The notes below the pieces were generated by a model. The model did not search any database. It saw only the letters and a program-made list of their open reading frames with translations, and was not told the DNA's origin. The translations under genes and the position numbers were made by a program. A DNA stretch of 64,000 nt from Eledone cirrhosa (taxonomy: Eukaryota): positions 12,028,001 to 12,092,000 of the forward strand of contig OZ024749.1 in assembly GCA_964016885.1 (NCBI GenBank). The letters run 5' to 3'. Shown piece after piece: positions 38,380 to 50,405 of the stretch (its first letter is position 1; the number at the start of each line of letters is the position of its first letter).

Positions 38380-38760
38380 TTGCGGCACTGAGCAAGTTAT
38401 TTTATTTCATGTTTCTCCAGACCACTCAGCTGGCAAAAATGAGTAGTACCTGTAATTCAAAAGGCCAGCTATGTCACTCCTGCCAGTTTGAATCACCCCA
38501 AGGACTAAGAGTACACGTGGCTGCAGAATGTTCTGCCACTTGCATGTTAATGAACAGGCTGTTCCATTGATTGAATCACCTGTAACAGTTTTTCATTGTA
38601 AACAATGGAGATGTAATATGCATTATTGGTAGTAAAATAGAATGTTGAGCTCATGATTGTAAGGTTGTGAGTTTGGTTCCCTAACTGACCAGCACATTAT
38701 GTCCTTGAGCAAAACACTTTATTTCCTGCTGCTCCTGTCCACTAGGCTGTATCAACAGAT
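38380..38760 (+). mobile_element. Degenerate SINE copies of a second family (ccttgagcaa..cactttattt..ctccagtccactcagctg)
   Basis: Shared motif at ~38390, ~38700 and ~54070; the family tail appears reversed at ~6300-6435. Confidence 0.55.
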
Positions 38761-39078
38761 TTTAATCTCACCGTGGGGTCCTTTTTGAGGCAGTGATTTA
38801 TTGCTCAAGGATATAATGTAACACCAAGAGTTGAACCAACACTCTTACGACTGTCAGCTGAACACTCTAAGCACTAAGCCTCATGCTTATACATACACAC
38901 ATATATATATTCTTCTTTTTGCTCTTGCTCAACAAGGTCAGGGCCATCCTAAGCCAGTGATCCCAAAGCATCGTCGTGCTGGACGAGGTCCACCAGTGCC
39001 CTCACTGTGGTTATTATAGACAGTATTTTGGCTGTTAAAACACACAAGATGAAGACACTAGTCCAAATAAATCAGTGC

Positions 39079-39832
39079 ACCATATGTCATTATATTACTA
39101 TTGACAGTATCAAGGAAACCACCATATGTCATTATGACTATTGACAGTATCAAGGAAACCACCATATGTCATTATGACTATTGACAGTATCAAGGAAACC
39201 ATCATATGTCATTATGACTATTGACAGTATCAAGGAAACCATCATATGTCATTATGACTATTGACAGTATCAAGGAAACCACCATATGTCATTATGACTA
39301 TTGACAGTATCAAGGAAACCACCATATGTCATTATGACTATTGACAGTATCAAGGAAACCATCATATGTCATTATGACTATTGACAGTGTCAAGGAAACC
39401 ATCATATGTCATTATGACTATTGACAGTATCAAGGAAACCATCATATGTCATTATGACTATTGACAGTGTCAAGGAAACCATCATATGTCATTATGACTA
39501 TTGACAGTATCAAGGAAACCATCATATGTCATTATGACTATTGACAGTATCAAGGAAACCACCATATGTCATTATGACTATTGACAGTATCAAGGAAACC
39601 ATCATATGTCATTATGACTATTGACAGTATCAAGGAAACCATCATATGTCATTATGACTATTGACAGTGTCAAGGAAACCATCATATGTCATTATGACTA
39701 TTGATAGTGTCAAGGAAACCACCATATGTCACTATATTACTATTGACAGCGTCAAGGAAACCACTATATGTCATATTACTGTTGACAGTGTCAAGGAAAC
39801 CATGTCATTACTATTGACAGTGTCAAGGAAAC
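39079..39832. repeat. 40-bp minisatellite, ~19 copies
   Basis: Unit a(c/t)catatgtcattatgactattgacagt(a/g)tcaaggaaacc, degenerating at the 3' end. Confidence 0.95.
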
Positions 39833-40029
39833 GTTGACGTCAAATGACATCACAGACCTGCCAACCCACTGCAGAATTGCAATGTTTTTCTGCTTTTCTT
39901 CCTGTGACACATCTATAGCTACAAGTGGAATGATGAAAAAAATAAAAAACAAGAATATTACAATAGTTTTCTGTTTCAGTAAAGTTGAAGATAATAAAGT
40001 ATGTAAATATAATAAAATAAATTGGTTGC

Positions 40030-40104
40030 CAAGAGGTACAATTGGTAGTCAAGAGGTACAATTGGTAGTCAAGAGGTACAATTGGTAGTCAAGAGGTACA
40101 ATTG
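40030..40104. repeat. 20-bp tandem repeat, ~4 copies
   Basis: Unit caagaggtacaattggtagt. Confidence 0.9.
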
Positions 40105-40202
40105 ATGTTATTTCAAGTAAAATTGTTGCCATTGTCTACTGTAGAATACAATGATGCAATTATAATTAAGAATGAGTTCATATTGAAGAAAAACTACTTG
40201 AT

Positions 40203-41030
40203 AATGATGGTGGTGGTGGTTGGTGTTGTTGGTGGTGGTGGTTGGTAGTGGTGATGGTTGTTGTTGGTGGTGGTGGTGGTTGGTAGTGGTGATGGTTGTT
40301 GTTGGTGGTGGTGGTGGTTGGTAGTGGTGATGGTTGTTGGTGGTGGTGGTGGATGGTGTTGTTGGTGGTGGTGGTGGATGGTAGTGGTGATGGTTGTTGT
40401 TGTTGGTGATGGTTGTTGTTGGTGGTGGTGGTGGTGGATGGTAGTGGTGATGGTTGTTGTTGGTGGTGGTGGATGGTAGTGGTGATGGTTGTTGTTGGTG
40501 GTGGTGGATGGTAGTGGTGATGGTTGTTGTTGGTAGTGGTGATGGTTGTTGTTGGTGGTGGTTGTTGTTGGCAGTGGTTGGTAGTGGTGATGGTTGTTGT
40601 TGGTGGTGGATGGTCGTGGTGATGGTTGTTGTTGGTGATGGTGGTTGTTGGTAGTGGTGGTGGTTGTTGGTGGTGGTGGTTGTTGGTGGTGGTGGTTGGT
40701 AGTGGTGATGGTTGTTGTTGGTGGTGGTGGTGGTGGTTGGTAGTGGTGATGGTTGTTGTTGGTGGTGGTGGTTGGTAGTGGTGATGGTTATGTTGGTGGT
40801 GGTGGTTGGTAGTGGTGATGGTTGTTGTTGGTGGTGGTGGTTGTTGTTGGTGGTGGTGGTTGTTGATGATGATGGTGGTGGTGGTGGTTGTTGTTGGTGG
40901 TGGTGGTTGGTAGTGGTGATGGTTGTTGTTGGTGGTGGTGGTTGTTGTTGTTGGTGGTGGTTGTTGATGATGATGGTGGTGGTGGTGGTGGTGGTGGTGG
41001 TGGTTGTTGTTGATGGTTGTTGGTGGTGCT
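40203..41030. repeat. Compound (TGG/TTG/TAG/GAT)n trinucleotide repeat
   Basis: Direct inspection; recurrent ggtagtggtgatggttgttgtt sub-unit. Confidence 0.95.
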
Positions 41031-41937
41031 GACATTCAAAGGTAGCATTGCTAGCATGATCATCATCATCATCATCATCTACAAGTGCCAGCCACACTAT
41101 ATTTATTTGGCACTGAAATATATAATTAGGACGTGTGCATGTATGTATATATATATGTGTATATATGATAATTTATTTGAATGAAAGATAAAAAGCCAAC
41201 CTAGTTATATAAAAAGTATTACTGCCTGTTGGCCAAAACATTGCTATGGTAGAGAACATCTTTCTTGCAACAGATGCCAGAAGAACTCTGTTATGTTACA
41301 AAAGAAAGAAAATAATTCTAAAAATTATTCTTGCATTTCCACCCCATACTTTTCACATCAGCCAAGTGATGCATTAAATCTGATTGATTCTCATGAATAA
41401 ATCTAAAAACAAAAGACAGAAGCTTAAACTAAACGAATTAAGAAAAAAATGTCCATTATTAAAACTCACAAGAGAAAAAGAATGTTGACTACTAATGGCA
41501 GTGTTTAGAAATATTTATTGCCCAACATATAGAATAAATTATGTTATTGATAAGGAGGCCAGCTGCAGTATAAAAGACAGGGGCAACAAGTGAAGCATTA
41601 TAAATTTTAGATCAATTGTAGGACCTAATTCAGGTCACCAGATGTATTTTAAGTTTAAATGAATAAAATATAAATAAAAATTATGGGCTGATTTAAGAAT
41701 GTTCTTTGCTAAAATTTCAGTCAGTTTAAAAAACAAATTAGAAGGTTAGGTCAGCATTATCATTTCTATGTCCACTTTTCAATGTTTGTATGGAAAAGGG
41801 GACAAGCCTTCTCCGGCACAACTATCTTCTATTTGTCATGTTCTTTGTGAGAAGAGTTCTCATCACTTTTACCTAGCTTCCTTCCACTCTTGGTACTTCA
41901 GTCCCAATTTCCTGTCAACAACATCAACTGTCTATAC

Positions 41938-42238
41938 CAGGGGTCCCCGGATAGCCATGCAGCGGTAGCTCCACGGGCCGGATGCGCAATTAATACTACT
42001 TATATACAAATAAGTAATCATTTATTTATCCCTTATGTTAGATTTGAAACAAAATTCAATATTGATACTTAGAGATGTCCCAAGCAGAAAAATACATTTA
42101 AACATTGTTTTATTCGGCAATATCGATAGATCGGGTGCAAATTTACTGTAAACTGTACCCTTTTTAGAACCCTCGGGGGCAGGATAAAGGCCTTCGCGGG
42201 CCACATCTGGCCCGCGGGCCTGGGGTTGGGAACCCCAT
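41938..42238. mobile_element. hAT (Charlie-type) non-autonomous DNA transposon
   Basis: CAGGGGTCCCC 5' end preceded by gtctatac (similar to the NTCTARAN target), subterminal gcgggccacatctggcccgcgggcc and ttgggaacccc 3' end. The 3' TSD is not conserved. Confidence 0.65.
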
Positions 42239-44801
42239 TGCAGCCGTCTCTCTGGTATCTGATTCCTATGTTTAGTTGTTGCTTCAATTCATCTTGTCAT
42301 TTATGCACACTTACATTAGTTACGTAGAAATTTGAAATCTTTACTCTCTACTGTACACCAACATTACTGGTGTATCTGGTTTAGAAGAATAGGTACACAG
42401 TACCCTTGTGACTAAAAAGGTCGCCAACAAGATGGCCATCTGGTCATAAAACCTCTATTTTACATACATTTACAATGAACCACATGTATAAGTTGGACCT
42501 CTATTTTACATACGTTTACAACTTCTACATGTGGTACGTTGTAAACGTATGTAAAATAGAGGTCCAACTTATAGATGAATTTACATCGACTATTTTATTC
42601 TTGATTTTGTAAAATAATTTTTTACATTATTTTCAACTAGAGCAGAAAAGAAATTGTTAGAAGTGTCTGGCCACCACAGGAAACATTTCTATCGAGAAGA
42701 ATAGTTCTCTTGTGACCAATAATATTTAACAGGATATGTTGTTACTTTATTAACAAAGAATGATTAAAACCTGAAAAGGCTCATAGTTGTGAACAATAAA
42801 ATATATACACAATATAGTTATCAAAAGCAATTATTTCCTTTGTTGTTTTACACCAATATTAACAACAATTATGTGTAGCCTGCCTCTTCTATAACAAAGC
42901 TTCAATGTTGAACAGCCGAAATGAAATTTTGCATAAATTAAGTGCCAAATGAGATAATGGGGGTATTATGAAAACATAGATTAGCAAAATTGATAGAGTA
43001 GGAAACTACAGCTATTTTCATATTGTATGTATTGGCATATTAATGTCAAACGAAATGATCAGGAACAGTTTGAGGCCTCTAATGCATACTTGCATGAGTT
43101 AGAGGGGCTGAAAATAGATGTTAAACTGTAATGATTGTTTCTTTTTTAGGCACAAGGCCAGCAATTACCCAGTACATTACTGGTACTTTATTTTATCGAC
43201 CCCGTAAGGATGAAAGGTAAAGTTAACCTCAGTGGGATTTGAACTAATGATGATTGGTTATATACGAGAAGGCTGCAGCACTACAACGTAGAATCATGTT
43301 CTGTTCTATTATATATAAAACCGGTTCAATTATTATAGCAGGTCTTCCAAACTTTATACTGTGCTAAATTTTTGAAATTAAAATTTTTTAAATGTTTATA
43401 TGGCAGCTGAAGATTGACAAAAAATAAACACAGAGCTTCAAACTGGATTCTTCTATTGATCTTTTGATGGGGGGATTTTATCCCGAAATATATAAGGGCT
43501 TATAAAGAACTGCAAGGTAATACCTCAAAATCATCAGTATTTAACATTTACCATCCAATTCACATTGTGATGACTTTCAAACAAAACACTATTTTTACAA
43601 AGATAGTTTCTTTTGACCTGTGAAAGGAAAACTGAAGAGATCAGATGAACTTTGTTCAGACCAAGTGTCATAGTTTCATTTGATGATTATATTTTTTATT
43701 CAACGAAGACATCCTAAGATTTCAAAATATCTTAAATTTAGTGTTTTATTGTGCTATATCCTACAGTTGTTGATTCAAACACTTTTCTTCTCTATATTTT
43801 GGGGGTTTTATTTTTAAATTACGGCAACATCATCATCATCATCTTCGTTTAACATCCATCTTCCATGCTAGCATGGGTTAAACGGGAGTTGTCCCACTTG
43901 AGGCAAGGTTGGTCAGGTGACTGCGTCTCGCTCATGTAGGACTATCTGGCAGGTTTTCTATGGCTGGATGCCCTTCCTAACACCAACCACATTTACAGTG
44001 TGGAACTGGGAACTTTTTACCGTGTTACCTACACGGCCACATTACAGCGTGGACTGTTTTTTTGTAGTGACACCTACACGATCTCGATCTCATTATCTCA
44101 TTTATTTGAACTGGATGTTGTGGTACCAACTTTACAGAGAGAGGGTGGTGTTGGTGGGAGTGGGAGGATAGGGTAGGGGTAGTGGATTGGGGTGTATATT
44201 TGGTTAAGAGGTGCCTACTGACTATAGGTTTCGCTTTGTATCTAGGAATATATCTAGTGATATAAATTTCAAGCAGCCAATTAGTTTCAAAATAAAATCT
44301 TGTTTTTCATTTAAAAAAAAGAGACAAAGAAGCAGATATTTACGAAAGAAATCGTTAATTTGGAGAAGGAGAAAACTTCAACAGTAGACTAAGTAATAGA
44401 TTATGAAGAAAAAACAAACTAATAACGACAACAAATAATAATAATCATAATTGAGATTATGAGAGTTGGCATGACTAAATTGCAATCAATTATACAAAAA
44501 TGATTGGTTATTATTTTGCTTAAGTCTAGTGTTGTAAACATTTCTGTTTTATAAAATACAGAAACTGCTCCAACTGTATTATTGGTGCCATAACAAAATA
44601 CACCTAGTACACACTGTAAAGTGGTGTGTCTAAGGAAAGGCATCAAATCATAGACATCATGCCAAAACATGGAAGATGCAAGAAAGACATGGTCCTCTGA
44701 TCCTTGTAAGAGAGAAGTAACTCTGAATAAAAATTGACTTGGATTGCGATGATCCATCCAACCCATCCTGGAACACGAACGGGATATAAAATGATTAGAA
44801 A

Positions 44802-44844
<43 letters not shown>

Positions 44845-45870
44845 AGAGATGTAGAGGAATCTCAGGAAATTTAACTAAGAATGTAGGCTTCACATATAGC
44901 AGCTGCCCTGGGACAGCAAGCAGCAAACAGCCATAGGAAACAAGCACCACCAAACTCTGAGAGGGCTCTGTAGAAACAGTAGACAGCTTCTGCTACCTAG
45001 GTGACTGAATTAGCAGCAGAGGTGGGTGTTCAGAAAGTAGAATAACTAGGGTAAGAACATGATGGAAGAAGTTGAGGGAGCTACTGCCACTGCTAGCTGC
45101 AAAAGGCTTTTACCTCAAAATGAAGGGCAGACTGTATGATGCAGTGAGACCTGGGCCCTGTCTGTAGAAGACTTGCGTAGATTAGAAAGAAACGAAGCCT
45201 GCATGCTCCGATGGATGTGTAATAGTAATATATGCGAACGGCAAAGCATAAACGAATTGAGAGAGAGACTGAGCATAAGAGCAATCAAATGCTGTGTGCA
45301 AGAGAGGAGGGTGCGTTGGTATGGACATGCGATGCGTATGAAGGATGACAGCTGCATAAAAAGGTACAGAGCACTAGAAGTTGATGGAAGCCGCTGAGTG
45401 GGGAGACCCAAGAAGACCGCGGATGAGGTAATAAAAGCTGACCTTACCCAATTATACCTCTCAAAGGCGGTGACACACGACCGTGACCTCTGGCGTCAAG
45501 CAGTAATACAGAAGACCTGACTCCTCATGGGTACAAGCCGAAGCTGAAGCATATAGACAATATGCCCCCACACCCTCCCACTGCAAAGTGGTCATGGAGG
45601 TGCCATGGCAAAAAAGCACCCAGCCCACACTGTAAAGTGGACGTGTAGGCGCCACGGAAAAAAGCACTGAGCACTCACTGTAAATGAGGTTGGTGTTAGG
45701 AAGGGCATCCAGCTGTAGAAATCAAGCCAGAATCAGTTCCAGTATGATCAAGACATGGTTAGCCGACTGAGTACTGCCCGCAACAGGACAACCCGTCTAA
45801 CCCATGCTAGTGTGGAAGAACGGACGTAAAACGGTGATGATTATTATTATTATTATCATTATTATTATTT
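44845..45870 (+). mobile_element. Old 5'-truncated RTE copy 1 with short-element-like 3' end
   Basis: Decayed RRLERNEACMLRWMC...RVRWYGHAMR (ORF 45173-45397), then gttaggaagggcatccagctgtag and acccatgctagtgtggaagaacggacgtaaaac plus a (GAT/TAT)n tail. Confidence 0.85.
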
Positions 45871-45882
45871 ATATACATATAT

Positions 45883-46485
45883 ATATGCAGATGACCTAAA
45901 CCTTATAGCTGATTTAGAAATTATATATATATAACATGAACGAACTGAGAGAGAACCTAAGCATAAGAGGAATCAGATGCAGTGTGCAGGAGAGGAGATT
46001 GCGTTGGTATGGATATGTGATGCATATGAAGAATGACAGCGGTATAAAAAGGTGCAGAGTGCTGAAAGTTAAACTGTGGAATGAGGAGACCCAGGAAGAC
46101 TTGGGATGAAGTGATAAAAGCTGACCTTGCCTAACTGCACTTCTCAAAGACGGTGACACAGGACAGAGATCTTTGGTGTTATGCAGTTATACAGAAGACT
46201 CAACTTCTCACGGGCACAGGCTGAAGCATATATATAGCATGCACCATCCCACCCCACCCACTACCATACATCTCCTATGAGGACAAACCAAAGTATACAA
46301 GCAAAGCACCCAACACTCACTGTAAATGTGGTTGGCGTTAGGAAGGGCATCCAGCTGTAAAAACCAAGCTAAAATCAGCCCTGCATGAGCAAAACACGAC
46401 CCTCCCACCAGATCTCTCACAAAGAGATAGCTCGTCCTACCCATGCTAGCGTGGAATATGGATGTTAAATGATGATGATGATGAT
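45883..46485 (+). mobile_element. Old RTE copy 2, internally deleted
   Basis: Begins at tatgcagatgaccta (YADDL), jumps to the C-terminal region and ends in the same 3' module plus (GAT)n. Confidence 0.8.
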
Positions 46486-46500
46486 ATATATATATATATA

Positions 46501-48020
46501 TATGCAGATGACCTAAAACTTATAGTTAAATTAGAGATGAAATTCTAAACTTGGAAGCATGGCCTAGAATCAAAGTCAACATGGAAAAGACTAAAGTAAG
46601 TAGAAAGGAAAACAGAGGCCAGATCTCATCAGAGAAATGGTCCTGCTCAGTGTGCAGAAAAGGAGTAGGTAGAGGTAGAAATTCCATCCTATGTCCCAAA
46701 TGCAAACTATGGGTACACAAGAGATGAAGTGGGATCTCAGGCAGGCTAACAAAGAATGCAGGTTTTACATGTGGTCAGTGCACAGGGACAGTAAGTAGCA
46801 AGAGCCCTCAGGATACAATCACCTTCAAATGCCCAGAGGGGTCTGTAGAAGTGGTAGATAGTTTCTGTTACCTGGGTGACCAAATTAGCAGTAGAGGAGG
46901 GTGTTCTGAAAGCACAGTAGCTAGACTACGGGTTGGAGAAAATTCAGAGAGTTACTACCACTGCTAACTACGAAAGGTTTTCCCCCTCTCAAAATGAAAG
47001 GCAAACAGTGTGATGCATATATACAAACAACTATGTAGCACAGCAGTGAGACCTGGACATTGTGTGCAGAGGACCTGTGAAGATTGGAAAGAAATGAAGC
47101 TGGCATGCTTCGATGGATGTGTAATAGCAATATACATGAACAGCAAAGCATAAACAAACTGCAAGAGAAATTAGGCATAGGAGGGATCAAATGCAGTGTG
47201 CAGGAGAGGAGATTGTACTGGATGGACATGTGATGTGTATGGAGGATAACAGTGGTATAAAAAAGTGCAGTGTTCAAAGTCGATGGAAGCCAGGGAGTGG
47301 GCAGGACTAGAAAGACTTGTGATGAGGTGATAAAAGCTGACCTTGTGCAATTACCCCTAGCAAAGGTGATGACACAGGACCGTGATCTCTGGCATTATGC
47401 AGAGCTGAGGCATACATCTAGTGTGCACTATCTTCTCTTCCATCACCCTCCCTTCTCATACACCTCCATTGATGTAATCATCCCACCCCTATACCTACCT
47501 TCCCAATTCCCCGTGCATCTTCCCCACCACCACCCCAACACAAATCTCCAGCCCGCACCATAAAGTGGTCATCCTGGAACCATAACCAAAGTGCCCAGTC
47601 CACATTGTAAAGTGATTGTGTCATAACAAGAAACACCCAGAACACACTGTAAATGAGGTTAGCGTTAAGAAGGGCATCCAGCAGTAGACATTAACCCTTT
47701 AATGTTCAAAGCCGGCCAGAATTCTCTACCTCTTTCTGTTGAAACTGGCTGTAACTGGTCACTCGAACTGATGTTAAGGTATTGTTCTCAAAATAAATAC
47801 TTTAAAAATCTCATAGATTCGATATTATGTGACATAATTATGTGAGGTAAAGCCTTTACCATGAAAATACAATAGTATATATAGAGTAATGTGAATGCTA
47901 AAGGGTTAAACCAAAATCAGTTCTGTATAAGCAAAACACTGTCCTCTGACCGGGAACTCTCTCAACGAGACAGCACATCCTACCCATGCTAGCATGGAAA
48001 GTGGACATTAAACGATGATG
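46501..48020 (+). mobile_element. Old RTE copy 3 (YADD to 3' end, PHD-like finger retained), carrying a nested MITE
   Basis: Starts at YADDL; decayed CSVC..CPKC..WVHKR*..CGQC and VVDSFCYLGDQIS motifs; 3' module with (GAT)n near 48014. Confidence 0.85.
47695..47905. mobile_element. piggyBac-like MITE family A copy
   Basis: TTAA (47691-47694)|CCCTTT...GAATGCTAAAGGG|TTAA (47906-47909); it interrupts the RTE 3' module. Confidence 0.85.
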
Positions 48021-48045
48021 ACACACACACACAAATATATATATA

Positions 48046-48562
48046 TACTAGACAACCCGTGACCCATTATTTTTTTAAAAATCATGTTCACTTAAAAATA
48101 ATGTTTAAATAATTAAAATATACACAGACATGTATATAATGTGAAATGAAACTGGAAGGCCCATATATATACGTGTGTGTATGTATATATATAAATGTGT
48201 GTGTGCGTGTATACATGTGTGTGTGTGGGGGTCTGATCTATATAGACACACACACACATATATATAAGCAGCCACGCCAACAGCTCTCTCTCTCTTCCAT
48301 TCTCCTTCTCCTCTTCCTCTCTCTCTCTTTCATTCTACTCTCTCAGAACCACTATCTCTTTCTCTGTTTATGAAGGTACCTGGAAAAACCCCATATCTCG
48401 GGACCCCGTGCTCCGATTTACGTGAAACTTGTTTTATTCCATTTGTATTCCCATTTCAGGAGCAACTTCCTATCAGAGTATTTTCCCGATTATGCACCCT
48501 TTTGGCTGTGTTACATTACAGACAAGCAAGCAAGCAAGCAATTGCAAAGTTTTAGTAGTATA
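48046..48562 (+). mobile_element. Putative non-autonomous Helitron/Helentron-like element
   Basis: 5' TACTAG..CCCG start, internal microsatellites, 3' (CAAG)n tetranucleotide followed by ttttagtagtata, no TSD. The architecture resembles Lep1/DINE-type rolling-circle elements. Confidence 0.45.
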
Positions 48563-48572
48563 TATATATATA

Positions 48573-49232
48573 TATAATATAATATATAGAAATAAACACA
48601 CACAGAAGTGTGTTTTGAATTACATGGGTTGAAAAACCACTTTAGTGCCATGTATATAATCTTTGAACAAACGGAAAATAATTAAAATGTACTAACCATT
48701 TCAATAACTATTAAACTCCTGGACAAACTACAGATAGAGTTTGTTTCGCCATAGATGTGTGGCTGTGTCAGATAACCCCAGGGCTTCTCAACAGGAGTAA
48801 GGGGTTATCTGTGTCAAATAACCCCAGGGCTTCTTATATGAACAGCACACCTAGAGATAATTTAGGTAACTAAATATCGGCCATGGTGTATATAGTAAGA
48901 GAACAAGTAACACCTCGTGCAACAGACAGCATATAGTGGCATGAGCGGATCGTAAAACAGCTAGGTGTGCTGTTCATATGACCCTTACTCCTGTTGAGAA
49001 GCCCTGGGGTTATCTGTCACAGCCACACATCTATGGCGAAACAAACTATCTGTAGTTTGTCCAGGAGTTTAATAGTTATTGAAATGGTTAGTACATTTAA
49101 ATTCATTTTTTTCCGGTTATTATTTATTTTCCGTTTTTTCAAAGATTATATACATAGCACCAAAGTGGTTCTTCAACCCATGTAATTCAAAACACACTTC
49201 TTTGTGTGTTTATTTCTATATATTATATTATA
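48573..49232. mobile_element. Foldback/long-TIR element (~270-280-bp inverted arms, 106-bp spacer)
   Basis: 48573-48854 is the reverse complement of 48961-49232 apart from small indels; TA-rich ends. Confidence 0.8.
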
Positions 49233-49305
49233 AAGAGCCCAGTTTTTGTACTTTGAGCTCATAAATTACAGGATATTAATGCGAGTCTTTAACTCCATTT
49301 TTCAT

Positions 49306-49338
<33 letters not shown>

Positions 49339-49339
<1 letters not shown>

Positions 49340-49847
49340 GACGAAGAAGGGTTTCTCCCTGCGTACGAAAGGCCGGTTGTATGATGCCTGTGTGAGGAGC
49401 GCGATGCTGCATGGTAGTGAGACATGGGCAGCAACTGCAGAGGATATGCGACGGCTGGAGAGAAATAAGGCAAGCATGCTCCGTTGGATGTGCAGTGTAA
49501 ATGTGCGTGAACGACCCAGCATAAATGTGTTGAGAGAGAAACTGTATCTGAGAGGGATAGAATGTAGTGTGCGGGAGAGGAGACTGAGGTGGTATGGACA
49601 TGTGATGCGCATAGAGGATGACCGATGGGTGAAGAAGTGCCAGGAAATGCCAGTTGAAGGAAGACGTGGTAGAGGTAGACCAAGAAAAACATGGGCGGAG
49701 GTGGTGAGAACAGACCTCAGATCATTGAAGCTCACGGTGGAGATGACGAAGGACCGTGACGAGTGGAGAGATGCTGTGCTGAATAAGACCCGTCCCACCC
49801 TTGCAAGCAGGGAAAAGCGGACGTATGATGATGATGATGATGATGAT
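49339..49847 (+). mobile_element. Young 5'-truncated RTE copy (same family as 216-3504)
   Basis: Nearly identical to 2990-3475 (ORF 49308-49913 versus 2851-3477); (GAT)n tail; 5' junction in (TA)n. Confidence 0.95.
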
Positions 49848-50003
49848 ATACGCGAAACTTGCTTTATTGGTAGCTGGTCGAGGGATGGAATTATATCAGA
49901 TTCCAGTTGCTAATCACTTTACCGTGTCGGCCGTCACAAACAGTCATAGCCGGCATGGGCTGGGGTTTGGATTCTGTCGATCGATTGGTTATTGACTAGG
50001 CGA

Positions 50004-50118
50004 TACCCGCTGATGAAGCCACATACGCCAATTATGCATTGTTGCATAATATATGCAGACAGAGGGTGCAGTGCACCCTACTGCTGCATTAAGTGTGGCC
50101 GAAACTCAAGTCCAGGAA
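50004..50118 (+). ncRNA. Type I hammerhead ribozyme motif with branched stem II
   Basis: CTGATGA (50010-50016), A.C, stem II GCCACAT/GTGTGGC, GAAA (50101-50104), stem III ACT-CA-AGT, GUC triplet. Stem I tacccg/caggaa is imperfect (4 of 6 pairs). Confidence 0.65.
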
Positions 50119-50405
50119 CTATTATAGGCATCCGTTTTACGTGTGATGTATTGAAGCGAATAACTATGTGTATACTCTGGGAATGTATCCTACATTGCCT
50201 ATTGAGTACGCTGAGATACAACAGGTTCTGGCACATTGATAAATATGCTGGGTTCGTCAACTCCTGATTATATATATATATATATATACACTTGGCCCTT
50301 GAAAAAATTGATTCCACTTCATTTATTCTCATCTCGGGAACAATTTTGAATAGCGCCAGTTCGTAATTTGAATTCGGGAATTTTATATTCTTTGAATGAA
50401 AAGAT

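Noticed and set aside
40108-41097. 329-aa and 285-aa His/Gln/Pro/Thr-rich ORFs
   Set aside because: Translations of a trinucleotide repeat that is open in multiple frames; no splice or domain evidence.
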